Shown here: one piece after another, positions 20,600 through 31,034 of the stretch
Numbering within the stretch: position 1 is the stretch's first letter
Layout: the number at the start of each line of letters is the position of its first letter
Source: Isosphaeraceae bacterium
Lineage (GTDB): Bacteria; Planctomycetota; Planctomycetia; Isosphaerales; Isosphaeraceae
Assembly (NCBI GenBank): GCA_052146555.1
Contig: JBKQMU010000083.1
Coordinates: 39,316-103,315 of the forward strand
Length of the DNA stretch: 64,000 bases
Direction: 5' to 3'
Position numbers and translations under genes: made by a program
The notes under the pieces: generated by a model
What the model was told of the DNA's origin: nothing
The model's input: only the letters and a program-made list of their open reading frames with translations
The model's database searches: none

Positions 20600-21550
20600 A
20601 TGAATTCCGAACGACTCTCGCTTTTACAGTGTCCGCGATGCCGCGGCCGAGTGGAGCTCAATGGAGATCCGTCCCAGGCGGTGCGCTGCGTCTCCTGCGA
20701 AGCGAGCTACCCGGTGATCCGGGGCGTGCCGCGTCTTGCCGGTGATACTTACGCGGCAAGCTTCGGCCGCCAGTGGAACCGGTACGACGTCGCCCGGACC
20801 GAGGAAGACGAGGCGACTTTTGAAGTCAAGACGGGAGTCAACCCCAAGACGCTTGCCGGCAAGCTCGTGCTCGACGCCGGCTGCGGCGGCGGCCGCTATG
20901 CCCGGCTGGCCGGCAGTTACGGGGCCAGCGTGATCGGCGTCGATCTGAGTGCAGCCGTCGAGAAGGCCGCCACGCTCTGCGCAGGCCTTCCCTCGGTGGT
21001 CATCGCGCAGGCCGACCTTCTGGACCTTCCCCTGGCCGATGCCGCCTTTGACCTGGTTTTCTCGATCGGCGTGCTGCATCACACGCCCGACCCCCGGCGC
21101 GCCTTCGCCCAGATTGCCCGCAAGGTCAAGTCCGGCGGACGGCTGGCTGTCTGGCTCTATCGCCGCAACACGATGCCTCAAGAATGGCTCAACACCGCGC
21201 TGCGGAGCGTCAGCACTCGCCTGCCCCCGCGCCTGCTGGAGCCCCTTTGCGCAGGGCTCGGCGTGCTCGGGAGTGTGCCCCTGGTCAATCGGACGCTTAA
21301 CAAGATCGCCAACTTCTCCAGCCACCCCGACTGGACCCTCCGCGTGTGCGACAACTTCGACTGGTACGCCCCGCGGTATCAGTCGCACCACACGCTTGCG
21401 GAGCTGAAATCGTGGTTCGCGGAGGAAGGCTTCGACGACCTGACCGAGCTCCTGCCGGCCAAGGCCGGCGCGCTCTACGACTGGGCGTTCCACCACAACT
21501 TACTGATCGGCAGCGGTGTCAACGTGGCCGGCACCCGGCGCGCGGATTGA
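20600..21550 (+). CDS. Class I SAM-dependent methyltransferase with N-terminal Trm112-like Zn knuckle
   Basis: CPRC...CVSC...YPVIRGVPRL; VLDAGCGGGR; FDLVFSIGVLHH. Confidence 0.88.
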   Translation: MNSERLSLLQCPRCRGRVELNGDPSQAVRCVSCEASYPVIRGVPRLAGDTYAASFGRQWNRYDVARTEEDEATFEVKTGVNPKTLAGKLVLDAGCGGGRYARLAGSYGASVIGVDLSAAVEKAATLCAGLPSVVIAQADLLDLPLADAAFDLVFSIGVLHHTPDPRRAFAQIARKVKSGGRLAVWLYRRNTMPQEWLNTALRSVSTRLPPRLLEPLCAGLGVLGSVPLVNRTLNKIANFSSHPDWTLRVCDNFDWYAPRYQSHHTLAELKSWFAEEGFDDLTELLPAKAGALYDWAFHHNLLIGSGVNVAGTRRAD

Positions 21551-21574
21551 GCGAAGACGGAATGAAAACGGCCA

Positions 21575-22363
21575 TCACCCCCCCGCCTCTTCCATGGGGC
21601 GCACCACCCAGTCGATCAAATCGACGACCAAGGTCGAAACCACGACCAGAAGCAGCAAGAGCGCCATCAGAAAGATCGGTGATGGCCACGAAGCTTTCCA
21701 GCCCGTCGCGGCCAGGCCGGGGCTGGCCGGTCTCGGTTTCGTTCCCGTGAACAAATCCCGCGTTCCAGGCAGGAGCATGACCACTAGCAGGAACCAGGGC
21801 AGGGCATCGGCAACGACGTAATCCGGCCACTGGTCGAGCCAGACCGGCGCGTGGAATCGCCACTGCCAGAGCATGACGAGGGTCGTGACGATCACCACCA
21901 GCGCATCCCATGCAATCGCTCCGACCCGGGCCCAGCGCCAGAGCCGCCAGAGTCCGTGGCCTATTGTGAGGTTGACGGTGATCAGGATGATCGGAAGGAT
22001 GATCCCGCGCAGAGGACCCGACTGGGGAATGCCCTGCGCTCGCATGCTCAACAGCTCCTGAGCAAGCCAGACCCCGGCGCGGAGACCAAGTGCTGAGTGA
22101 ATGAGGGCAACGATGCGGACCGCCACGGTGCGCGGGGTCGAGGCTGATCGCGGAGGCGTGATTTTGGCGGCCAATCCGACCATCTGGGGAGCGGCGGCAC
22201 GCAGCCGCTGACGAATGACCATCGCCAGCGTCACCAGACAAAGAAGCGCAGGCAACCCCGTAAGATTCCACCACGCGACCAGCGTGAGAAAATCCCAAGG
22301 GCTAGGCTTGGCAGCGGGAGGCATTGTCTTCTTCCGCCTCTCGAAGTTCTCGCGCGGCAACAA
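21575..22363 (-). CDS. Hypothetical multi-pass membrane protein
   Basis: About six to seven hydrophobic segments; no motif recognised. Confidence 0.6.
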   Translation of the reverse strand: MLPRENFERRKKTMPPAAKPSPWDFLTLVAWWNLTGLPALLCLVTLAMVIRQRLRAAAPQMVGLAAKITPPRSASTPRTVAVRIVALIHSALGLRAGVWLAQELLSMRAQGIPQSGPLRGIILPIILITVNLTIGHGLWRLWRWARVGAIAWDALVVIVTTLVMLWQWRFHAPVWLDQWPDYVVADALPWFLLVVMLLPGTRDLFTGTKPRPASPGLAATGWKASWPSPIFLMALLLLLVVVSTLVVDLIDWVVRPMEEAGG

Positions 22364-22746
22364 TCGGGGTGCAATGACCGCTCCGACGTGGCTCTTGAAT
22401 TCACCCCGAAGGGCATCCGACGACCGGGTCGCAAAAAAGTGGACGCCAATGTCTTTTTAAGAAGCCTCTCGAACATGCTCAGGCCTTGGCTCGGCTGTTT
22501 TCCCCCTGTTCGACTCGGGTTGCCGTTTCATCGCGGCGATCTCGAGCTTCCGACAAACCCTTATTATAGCAAGCTTGTGGTAACCCTCACCAGACGATCG
22601 GATAGAAGAGCCGTTTCCAGTGGTCGCCGCGCGCCACCCAACAATTGGGGCGTCGGAGGCCCGCGCCGGGTGCCACGCTCACGCCCAGAGAGGCGTGCCG
22701 ACCGCCGGTCAAAACGGAAGAAATCGACACCCCAGGCAGCGCCGCC

Positions 22747-23649
22747 TTAGATCCGCGGTCCGCGGTCGCCGACGGGGAAAGCACCCCAGCCCAGCTTGTC
22801 GCGGAGGGTCCGATAGAAGCTGTGGCCGGGAAGGCGGACCATCGGGAAGTGGGTCTTGCCGCGGCGGATGACCACCCGGTCGCCGGCCTGGAGCGGGATC
22901 TGCACCTGACCGTCGATGACCAGCACCGCGGACGTGCCTTCGCCCCGAGAAACCATCTCGAACGTCTTATGCGCGCTGTCGACCAGCGGGCGCTGGGTCA
23001 GCGTGTGCGCGCAGATCGGCGTGACGACGAACATGTGCGCATTGGGCGGCAAGATCGGACCGCCGGCAGAGAGGCTGTGCGCGGTCGAGCCGACGGGCGT
23101 GGCGATGATCAGGCCGTCGCATCGATAGGTCATCACGCTCTCGCCGTCGATCGACAGGCCGATCTCGATCAAGTGAAACGTCGGTGACGCGCGGATGACG
23201 GCATCGTTCAGACCGCGGAAGGCGCGCATCGGACCGTTCTTGGGTATCAAGGTGCACGAGAGCGTCATCATGCTTTCGACCGTGAACCGCCGCTCGGACA
23301 GGTCGGTCAAGCGGTCGAAGAAGACTGCGGGGGTCAAGTCGGCGAGGAAGCCGAGCCGGCCGGCGTTGATGCCCAGAACGGGGGTCGGATGGTCGTCCAT
23401 CCGGCGGGCGGTGTGCAGCACGGTTCCGTCGCCGCCCAGCACGAGGGCGACATCCGCGGGGAGCTTGGCAAGGTCGGAATCGGCGGAGAGATCGATGCCC
23501 GCCAGGATCACGCCCGGTTTGCAGACGATGGTCACGGCCAGCCGCTCCGCCTCGGCGTGGACCTCTTCCCGCGTGCCGTTACCCAGAATCATCAAGCGCA
23601 AGGGCGGCCGCGGGGCAGACCGGTGGGGCGGCTGCGGCGAGTTCTCCAT
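22747..23649 (-). CDS. nadK: NAD kinase
   Basis: LGGDGT, GINAGRLGFL, LND, DGLIIATPVGSTAHSLSAGGPI. Confidence 0.97.
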   Translation of the reverse strand: MENSPQPPHRSAPRPPLRLMILGNGTREEVHAEAERLAVTIVCKPGVILAGIDLSADSDLAKLPADVALVLGGDGTVLHTARRMDDHPTPVLGINAGRLGFLADLTPAVFFDRLTDLSERRFTVESMMTLSCTLIPKNGPMRAFRGLNDAVIRASPTFHLIEIGLSIDGESVMTYRCDGLIIATPVGSTAHSLSAGGPILPPNAHMFVVTPICAHTLTQRPLVDSAHKTFEMVSRGEGTSAVLVIDGQVQIPLQAGDRVVIRRGKTHFPMVRLPGHSFYRTLRDKLGWGAFPVGDRGPRI

Positions 23650-23806
23650 GAGCTCAGAGGCCCTCCTCCAGAGTTTTGATCCAGGCGACCGTCCGGTGGA
23701 AACGACCGGCGCAGGCCAGACTCTATGACACCCGAAATGAGGGCATTCTGCCAGGCGGGATTAGCGGGGCCGTTTCATTCTCTGCAAGGGTCGCCACAGG
23801 CTGCCC

Positions 23807-23901
23807 CCCTCACCCGGCCTTCGGCCACCCTCTCCCGAAGGAGAGGGTATGAATCAACCTTCTCCCCCCGGGAGAAGGTGCCGCGCAGCGGCGGATGAGG
23901 G
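23807..23901. repeat. REP-like element, family B
   Basis: CCCTCACCCGGCCTTCGGCCACCCTCTCCC..GGAGAGGG and GGGAGAAGGTGCCGCGCAGCGGCGGATGAGGG. Confidence 0.8.
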
Positions 23902-23973
23902 GAGTCTACCGCCAGGATGAAACACCCCTGAACCCGGCTGCATCGCGATCGCATGACGACGGGCCGCTGCGTC

Positions 23974-24047
23974 GGGTGGCCGGGGCAGAATGCCCCGGGC
24001 CTTCGGCGACCGCCCCGGGGCGTCGCTGCGCTCCGACCCGGCCACCC
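23974..24047. repeat. REP-like element, family A
   Basis: GGGTGGCCGGGGCAGAATGCCCCGG...CCGGCCACCC. Confidence 0.75.
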
Positions 24048-24125
24048 AAATTCCCTGTGGTCTGGCCGCTGATCTGAAATCGCTTCTGCCGACCTGCCCA
24101 GCGTGGTGGAACAGGTCGTCCCGTG

Positions 24126-27100
24126 TCACTTCGAGGGAGACGGGGGGATCTCGTCACCGAAGCCGTACTTCACCCACTCGTCGAAGTTCTGTGGTTGACG
24201 CGAGTCGGCGATCAGGGCGAGCATCTCTCTGAGGTGGTGGGCGAAGTTCCGCATCGACCTATAGCGATCGAAGTCCTGCGTCGATACCCCTCGGGGATTG
24301 TTTCGCATCCGTTGGTCCTGCTTCCTTAACTCATCTTCCCAGTACCTGTCGCATTCGTCCCGCTCGCTCTGACCCATGATCTTGGCATCCGGCAGACAAA
24401 GGACCGCGATGCGGCGAAGAAACTCCTCAGCGACCATCTTGCTGTTCCGCCACACCTCAAAGAGCTCAAACATGCAGTTAGCCGATTCCAAATACTCTTT
24501 GCTCAAGATCACGAAGACTCGGTTTCCCGAACCGAGCCGTTGCATGAACCTGGAGAATCGATCGCCGAGGCCCACCCCAGTCCGATCGCGTAGGACGCTC
24601 TTACCTCGCCGGTCCGCCTCCTGACAGAGCCGATCTACCAGCGCCATGCTCTCCTTATTTTTCCAGCCGTAGGAGACGCAATACTCATCCGCGTTGGACG
24701 GCGGCGGGGTGAACTCTAGTTTTCGCTCGGGTGCAGCGTCTTCCCCTTCGGGCCACACGACGTGTCCCGGGCCAGATATCTTCGGGTGGGCCGGATGCAG
24801 CGCATCGGAAGTTCCCTTGGTTTCCGGCACCAAGCATCCGGACCGCTGGATCTCTTTCTCGATCCACTCTTGAAGCCGCCCAAGCAGCTCTACCTCCTGA
24901 CCGCCCCGGGCGGACACCGCGATCTGGCCGCTCCAGGTGTTGGGCTTGTCGCTTAGCCGTTGCTCGATGAGCGCATGGCTGCGGGTGGTCCGTTCATAGA
25001 GGCAGACGCCGTCCTTCCAGTACACGGCGCTGATTCCCGCCTCCTGGCCGAGCCGGCTGATGATGCCGCGCATGACGCCGGGGTGCAGGAAGGGGAGCTC
25101 CACCACCAGGTCCCCGCCCGGCTCATGCTCGCCCCACATCGCTTCGATCTCCGCCTCCACTAACCCCCGATCCGGCAGCAGATCGGGGGCGATGAATTCC
25201 GTCTCCAGCTTGCCCCCTTGATCTCCCTTCCGATGCACGAAGCAGATTCCGCACGATTTCATCATGCTGAGGAAAAGCTCCTGTTCCTCGATGCCGTAAT
25301 TGCTCCACACCCGCTCTTCAAGATCCTCGCGGATGAAGCGGCCCCTGGCCCGCTGCAACTGTCGGTAGCATTTCTCCCGATGAAAGACGGCATACACCGC
25401 CTCGAGCGCCCAGGACTGATCGAGCACGATACGGTCGTCGAACAGCCCCTTCTGGTAAAACACAATCCCCGTGTGGTGCAGATAGTCGAGAAGCAATTCG
25501 GGGCTGCTCACTCCCCCCGCTTCGGTACAGAGCTGGTGAAAGAAGTCCCAGGTCAGCCATCGGTATTTTCGCTCCTCCGCGGGGAGCGTCGCGTCACCGT
25601 CCCTCAAGGCCTCCAGCTTCCGCTTGACCTTCATGCGGCCTTTGCCGATCCGCGCCTGACCCATCGTCTCCCGCAGCCACAGGATCGCTTGCTGAAGAGC
25701 TTCGTTGAGCGCACCACGACCGCGGTCCTTCAAGGCGCTGTAATGCAGCACCTTGCGGAACTTAAAGTCCCCCAGCGTCTCATCCTCAACGGGCGGGCGC
25801 AGCTCCTCGTCCGTCGCCTGGTCGCACTGGTTTTGCACGATCAGCACCGGGCTGTTGACGCCGCTTAAGTGCCTCACGTATTCCAGCCAGTAGGCCAGCG
25901 GGTGGTTCTGGAAGGTCATGCCGCCGTGCTCGTACTCCCGCGCGTTCTCTGACTGGGGCGTCCAGACGAGGACGAAGATCGACTGCGTGCGCATGAAGAG
26001 CGCGTGGGTGCCGTGATAGAGATCCTGGCCGCCGAAGTCCCAGAGATGCAGGCGGGCCTCCTCGCCCGGGCCAGATGGAGGCCCTGCCTCCTCATGGCCT
26101 GGGTGGGAAGCCTCGATGGCCTGGGGCGGCATCGGCAACGGGGCGGAGGTCACCAGAATGCCGTGCGTGCTGTCCACGCTCGGATCGAACGCCTCCCCGC
26201 GGAGGCGGCGACAGATCTGCGTCTTGCCGATCCGCCCGTTCCCCAGCACCAGCACCTTCACGTCCGGCAGACGTTCCTCTCCGACCTCCAGATCACGCAA
26301 GTGTGCCCGGAGGCGTTCCAGGCAGTTCGCAGAGGCGTGTGGGGATAACACCTCTGCGGGAATGTCGGTGATGTGGGTATTGAAAAGAAAGAGCTGGACA
26401 AGTGATCCGAGCCAGACCAAAGACCCCGGCAGATCGCTCACCGGGGAATTGGAGCAGTTGAGCAATCCCAGCGCGCTCAAGGCGGCCAGTGGACCCAGAT
26501 CGCTCACCTGGGTGTTGGAGCAGTGGAGCAACCGCAGCGAGCTCAAGCCTGCCAGCGGACCCAGATCGCTCACCGGGGTCCCGGAGCAGTCGAGCGATTG
26601 CAGCGCGCTCAAGCCGGCCAGTGGACCCAGATCGCTCACCTGGGTGTTGGAGCAGTGGAGCAATTGCAGCGCGCTCAATCCGGTCAGTGGACCCAGATCG
26701 CTCACCGGGGTGGCGGAGCAGTTGAGCGATCGCAGCGTGCTCAAGCTTGCCAGTGGACCCAGATCGCTCACCTGGGTCATGGAGCAGTCGAGCGACCGCA
26801 GCGAGCTCAAGCCGGCCAGTGGACCCAGATCGCTCACCGGGGTATTGAAGCAGCTGAGCGCTTGCAGCGAGCTCAAGCCTGCCAGCGGACCCAGATCGCT
26901 CACCGGGGTAGAGGAGCAGCGGAACGATCGCAGCGCACTCAAGCCGGTCAGTGGTCCCAGATCGCTCACCTGGGTCCCGGAGCAGTCGACCGCTTGCAGC
27001 GCGCTCAAGCCCGCCAGCGGGCTTAGATCGCAGATGTCGGTTTCGCAGACTGACAGGAGCCTCAGTCCGGGAAAACGCTGAAGGTGGATGAGCTGGTGAG

Positions 27101-27323
27101 CGTCCTGATTCGGATCCAGGTCCGAAGCGGCGTCATGCCACTTTCCCTGCTCATCCCGCCAGGCGCTTCCCAGGTTCAGGCCCCAGAGATGCTCCAGCTC
27201 GAACAGCTCCTCCGGCAGTTCCGTCAGCCCAAGTCGGCCAAGGTCGAGGAAGCCGGTGCGTTTTTCCTTCGCTTCCGCGATGCGTTCGCGGGCGATGGCG
27301 AGGCCTTCAGGGTCGGAGGGCAT
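24126..27323 (-). CDS. LRR-Roc-COR-TIR protein
   Basis: About 11 LRRs; Roc GTPase (GNGRIGKT, STHGI, WDFGGQ); COR region; C-terminal TIR-like domain (YCVSYGW...VFVILSKEYLESANCMFEL). Confidence 0.9.
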   Translation of the reverse strand: MPSDPEGLAIARERIAEAKEKRTGFLDLGRLGLTELPEELFELEHLWGLNLGSAWRDEQGKWHDAASDLDPNQDAHQLIHLQRFPGLRLLSVCETDICDLSPLAGLSALQAVDCSGTQVSDLGPLTGLSALRSFRCSSTPVSDLGPLAGLSSLQALSCFNTPVSDLGPLAGLSSLRSLDCSMTQVSDLGPLASLSTLRSLNCSATPVSDLGPLTGLSALQLLHCSNTQVSDLGPLAGLSALQSLDCSGTPVSDLGPLAGLSSLRLLHCSNTQVSDLGPLAALSALGLLNCSNSPVSDLPGSLVWLGSLVQLFLFNTHITDIPAEVLSPHASANCLERLRAHLRDLEVGEERLPDVKVLVLGNGRIGKTQICRRLRGEAFDPSVDSTHGILVTSAPLPMPPQAIEASHPGHEEAGPPSGPGEEARLHLWDFGGQDLYHGTHALFMRTQSIFVLVWTPQSENAREYEHGGMTFQNHPLAYWLEYVRHLSGVNSPVLIVQNQCDQATDEELRPPVEDETLGDFKFRKVLHYSALKDRGRGALNEALQQAILWLRETMGQARIGKGRMKVKRKLEALRDGDATLPAEERKYRWLTWDFFHQLCTEAGGVSSPELLLDYLHHTGIVFYQKGLFDDRIVLDQSWALEAVYAVFHREKCYRQLQRARGRFIREDLEERVWSNYGIEEQELFLSMMKSCGICFVHRKGDQGGKLETEFIAPDLLPDRGLVEAEIEAMWGEHEPGGDLVVELPFLHPGVMRGIISRLGQEAGISAVYWKDGVCLYERTTRSHALIEQRLSDKPNTWSGQIAVSARGGQEVELLGRLQEWIEKEIQRSGCLVPETKGTSDALHPAHPKISGPGHVVWPEGEDAAPERKLEFTPPPSNADEYCVSYGWKNKESMALVDRLCQEADRRGKSVLRDRTGVGLGDRFSRFMQRLGSGNRVFVILSKEYLESANCMFELFEVWRNSKMVAEEFLRRIAVLCLPDAKIMGQSERDECDRYWEDELRKQDQRMRNNPRGVSTQDFDRYRSMRNFAHHLREMLALIADSRQPQNFDEWVKYGFGDEIPPSPSK
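26415..27074 (-). repeat. 66-bp tandem array (10 units) encoding 22-aa LRRs
   Basis: AGATCGC recurs every 66 bp; consensus LSALQSLDCSGTPVSDLGPLAG. Confidence 0.95.
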
Positions 27324-27474
27324 GGGTCAGCGCGATGATCCAACAGGGCCAGTACACAAGAGCAAGCGACGCCAGCGCTATTGTCTCACAGTTGGCGCTG
27401 TTCTCAAAGGTGCCGTTCATCCATCGGCCATGATGTGAGACCCTCTTCGGCGCATGTCCCCCGAAGCCGCCGTT

Positions 27475-27608
27475 TGCCTGACCGCAGGTCTCCCCCTGGG
27501 TACCAGGGCCGTCGCTGACGCTTCCGGCTCTGACGATGACTCCCGCCGGGGCCGTGGTTGCAGACCTCCGGTCGGCGGCGTGGCAACGTCAGGAGACCTG
27601 GCCACAAC
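27475..27608. repeat. REP-like palindromic element, family D
   Basis: Inverted AGGTCTCC / GGAGACCT plus GACCGCAGGTC / GACCTCCGGTC modules; intergenic upstream of the LRR gene. Confidence 0.4.
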
Positions 27609-27905
27609 AGAGAGCCTCTGCGGCAGGTCGCCACCAACCGGTCAAAGCCAGCAGATCTGATGAAACCGAGCGTCATGTCGTAAAATAAGAATAGAGGCGG
27701 CGCGCTCGTTCCACGCGGCCAGAACAGCCGGCCGAGGTTCGATCCGCGCGCCGGACCGACGGGCTTGTCACCTCAGCTCGACCAAGGACCGGGCAATGTC
27801 CCCAAATGTCACACTTCCAGCGAAAATATTGCCGGAAAAATATAAGCAAAGGTAATATTAGTGCCCCGGACGCAGGCGCAACTCGAACATAGATATGTCG
27901 ATCCG

Positions 27906-28095
27906 CCTCATCCGGCCTTCAGCCACCTTCTCCCAATGGGAGAAGGAAAGACGATACCCTCTCCCTCCGGGAGAAGGTGCCGCGCAGCGGCGGATGAGGG
28001 CGCGTCTGGGGCAAGTCGATCCCCCTCATCGGGCCTTCGGCCTCCTTCTCCCAATGGGAGAAGGAAAGACGATACCTTCTCCCCCCGGGCAAGAG
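27906..28095. repeat. REP-like cluster, family B (two units) right after dxs
   Basis: CCTTCTCCCAATGGGAGAAGGAAAGACGATACC occurs twice. Confidence 0.85.
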
Positions 28096-28122
28096 ACTCG
28101 CGCCAGGTTGCAGCCCGTGTCC

Positions 28123-30096
28123 TTACTTGAGCACCGCGGCGGGGGTCGAGCCAGTGCCTCGGCCGTTCTTGCCGTTACTCTCGGTCTGGGTGGCAAGCAG
28201 GCCGACGGACCGGGCCATTCCGATAGCCGAGGCGATGATCCCCTCGACGTCCAGCCCGACCTCGGCGAGCTGCTCGTCGTGCTCGGCGTGGAACACGAAC
28301 CGGTCGGGCAGGCCCAGCCGGCGAACGTGCCCGGCGGCGATGCCGGCGTCGCTGGCCGCTTCCAGCACGGCCGACCCGAAGCCGCCGGCCAAGCAGCCCT
28401 CCTCCACCGTCAGCACGAACGCGGCTTCCTCGATGGCTTTGCAGACCGTCGCTCGATCCAGCGGCTTGGCGAAGCGGGCGTTGATCACCCCCACGCGCAG
28501 GCCGTGCCGCTCACGAAGCTGTTCGGCGGCCCGCACGCAGGTGCCCAGAAGCGCCCCGCAGACGATGATCATGCCGTCGGTCTCCCACTCCAGGACCTCG
28601 GCCTGTCCCAGCTCGATGGGCTGGAAATGCCGCTCGATCGCCTCCAGACTGGCGCGGGGATAACGGATCGCCGTCGGCGAGGTATGCCCAAGGGCGAATT
28701 CGATCATGGGGTCGACGTCGTACTCATCGCCGGGGGCCATCACCACCATGTTGGGGAAGACTCGCATGTAGGCCAGGTCGTAGCTGCCGTGATGCGTCGG
28801 CCCGTCGGCGCCCACCAGCCCGCCCCGGTCCAGGCAAAACACGACCGGCAAATCTTGAAGCGCCACTTCCTGGAAGATCTGGTCGTAGGAGCGCTGGAGG
28901 AACGTGCTGTAAATGTCGACCACCGGCCTGGCGCCCGCCTTGGCCATGCCCGCCGCGAAGGCGACGGCGTGGCTCTCGCAGATGCCGACGTCGAAGAACT
29001 GGCCGGGGAAGACGTCGCGAATCTTGTGGAGCTTGTTGCCCTCGCACATGGCCGCCGTGAGGATCGCCACCTTGGGGTCCCGGCGGCAGGCCTCGAAGAG
29101 CGCGGCACTGACCGCGTCGGTGTACGTCCGGTAGGAGATCGACTTGAGCGGGATGATCCCGTTTTCCGCCTTCCGAAACGGCGCGGGCGCATGAAACTTC
29201 ACGGGGTCCTTAACCGCCGGCTCGAAGCCGTGCCCCTTGTTGGTCAGGACGTGCAGGAGGATCGGCCCGTCCATCGCCTTGACGCGCTCGAGATAACTCC
29301 GCAGGCCCTTGAGGTCGTGGCCGTCGATCGGACCCAGATACGTAAGGCCCAGCTCCTCGAAGAGCATCCCGTGATGGAGCGAGGCCTTGATGGCGTCCTT
29401 GAATTGCTGGAACCAGCGCTCGGCGTGCTCGCCGACCACGGGAATGGTGGGCAAAACCGACTTGAGGCGCTTGTTCCAGTCGAGGTAGGTCGTGGACATC
29501 CGCGCGCTGTCGAGATAGTTAGCCAGCCCGCCGACGCGGGGGCAGATCGACATCTTGTTGTCGTTGAGGATAACCAGGAGCGGGGTCTTCAGTCCGCTGG
29601 CGTGGTTGAAGGCTTCAAAGACGATGCCCGAGGGCAGGGCACCGTCGCCGATGACGGCCACCGAGTGCCGGTTGGGCTTGCCGGTGAGCTGGTCGCCGAC
29701 CTTCAGCCCCATCGCGGTGGACGGCGCGCAGCCGGCATGGCCGGTCATGAACAGGTCGAAGGGGCTCTCGGCCGGGTTGGGATAGCCCATCAGGCCGGCT
29801 TTGGTGCGGATCGTGTGCAAGAGCCCTGCGCGGCCGGTGATGAGCTTGTGCGGATAGATCTGATGGCCTGTGTCCCAGATCAGGCGGTCGTGCGTGAAAT
29901 CGAACGTCAGGTGCAAAGCCAGGCAAAGCTCGACCACCCCGAGGTTGCTGGCGAAGTGCGCCGACCGGCGGCCGACCACGCCGATCAGCGCGTTGCGCAT
30001 CTCGGCGGCGAGCTGATCGAGGTCTTTATCGGAGAGCTTCTTCAAGTCGGCCGGCGACTGGATCCGAGCCAGCAAGGCATCCGCACTAATCATCAA
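28123..30096 (-). CDS. dxs: 1-deoxy-D-xylulose-5-phosphate synthase
   Basis: WDTGHQIYPHK, GDGAL...ILNDNKMSI, DVGICESHAV, DGPTHHG. Confidence 0.98.
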   Translation of the reverse strand: MMISADALLARIQSPADLKKLSDKDLDQLAAEMRNALIGVVGRRSAHFASNLGVVELCLALHLTFDFTHDRLIWDTGHQIYPHKLITGRAGLLHTIRTKAGLMGYPNPAESPFDLFMTGHAGCAPSTAMGLKVGDQLTGKPNRHSVAVIGDGALPSGIVFEAFNHASGLKTPLLVILNDNKMSICPRVGGLANYLDSARMSTTYLDWNKRLKSVLPTIPVVGEHAERWFQQFKDAIKASLHHGMLFEELGLTYLGPIDGHDLKGLRSYLERVKAMDGPILLHVLTNKGHGFEPAVKDPVKFHAPAPFRKAENGIIPLKSISYRTYTDAVSAALFEACRRDPKVAILTAAMCEGNKLHKIRDVFPGQFFDVGICESHAVAFAAGMAKAGARPVVDIYSTFLQRSYDQIFQEVALQDLPVVFCLDRGGLVGADGPTHHGSYDLAYMRVFPNMVVMAPGDEYDVDPMIEFALGHTSPTAIRYPRASLEAIERHFQPIELGQAEVLEWETDGMIIVCGALLGTCVRAAEQLRERHGLRVGVINARFAKPLDRATVCKAIEEAAFVLTVEEGCLAGGFGSAVLEAASDAGIAAGHVRRLGLPDRFVFHAEHDEQLAEVGLDVEGIIASAIGMARSVGLLATQTESNGKNGRGTGSTPAAVLK

Positions 30097-31034
30097 CGAT
30101 CCCTTTCCAAGAGTGCCAGCGCCAGCTCGCGCAGGCGGAATCCGTTCGAGCCTAGAGACGCCAGGGCTAGGGTGGCCTCGTCGGCAAGCTGCTGGGCCCG
30201 GAAGCGGCTTCCATCAATGCCCAGGAACCTCGGGTATGTCCATTTGCCTAGACCGGAATCCTTGCCGACGCGCTTGCCAACTTTGGCTTCATCACCCTGG
30301 ACGTCCAGGAGATCGTCGACGATCTGAAAGGCCAAGCCGACGGCTCGCCCATAGCGGTCCAGAGCATCCATGTGTGCCTGAGGGGCTCCGGCAATCACGG
30401 CTCCCATCTGCAAAGGAGCGCGGAGCAGAGCGCCGGTCTTACGGCGGTGAATGGCTTCGAGCTTCTCCAGCGACCCTGAGTCCTGCTCGCTGGCGGCGAG
30501 CTTTTCAGCCTGGAGGTCGGCCATCTGGCCCCCGACCATGCCGGCGGGCCCCGCCGCTTCCGCCAGGATCCGGACACACTGGAGGGCCGAGGCGTCGGGC
30601 TCGACCGACCGGGCGACCAGCTCGAAGGCCAGCGTCAGTAGAGCGTCCCCCGCGAGGATCGCCGTGGCCTCGCCAAAGGCCCTATGGCAGGTCGGCCGGC
30701 CCCGCCGCAGATCGTCGTTGTCCATCGCCGGCAGGTCGTCGTGAATGAGCGAGTACGTGTGCACCATTTCAATCGCACAAGCAGCGCCCAACGCTCCGCT
30801 GGCGTCGCCACCGCACGCCTCGGCGGACATCAGGCACAGAACCGGCCGCAATCGCTTCCCACCCCCCAGCACGCTGTAACGCATGGCTGCGGCCAAGTGG
30901 GCCGGCGTCGCCGCCCCGCAGTCCAGGTCAACCTCCGGCAACCATCGATCCAGAGCATCATCCACCCGTTGGCGGGCCTGCTCCAGATATTCTTGTAGCG
31001 GAGCTTCAACGGATATTGGCAGGCAAGTCGTCAT
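30093..31034 (-). CDS. ispA: Polyprenyl (farnesyl) diphosphate synthase
   Basis: GGKRLRP, SLIHDDLPAMDNDDLRRG, KTGAL, FQIVDDLLD; 4-nt overlap with dxs. Confidence 0.96.
   Translation of the reverse strand: MTTCLPISVEAPLQEYLEQARQRVDDALDRWLPEVDLDCGAATPAHLAAAMRYSVLGGGKRLRPVLCLMSAEACGGDASGALGAACAIEMVHTYSLIHDDLPAMDNDDLRRGRPTCHRAFGEATAILAGDALLTLAFELVARSVEPDASALQCVRILAEAAGPAGMVGGQMADLQAEKLAASEQDSGSLEKLEAIHRRKTGALLRAPLQMGAVIAGAPQAHMDALDRYGRAVGLAFQIVDDLLDVQGDEAKVGKRVGKDSGLGKWTYPRFLGIDGSRFRAQQLADEATLALASLGSNGFRLRELALALLERDR

Noticed and set aside
27895-30327. 810-aa plus-strand ORF (also 11650-13242, 41711-42763, 669-1325, 5074-6195)
   Set aside because: Antisense shadows of clear genes (dxs, AsmA-like, CHAT, eno, DAC), expected in high-GC DNA; no motifs.
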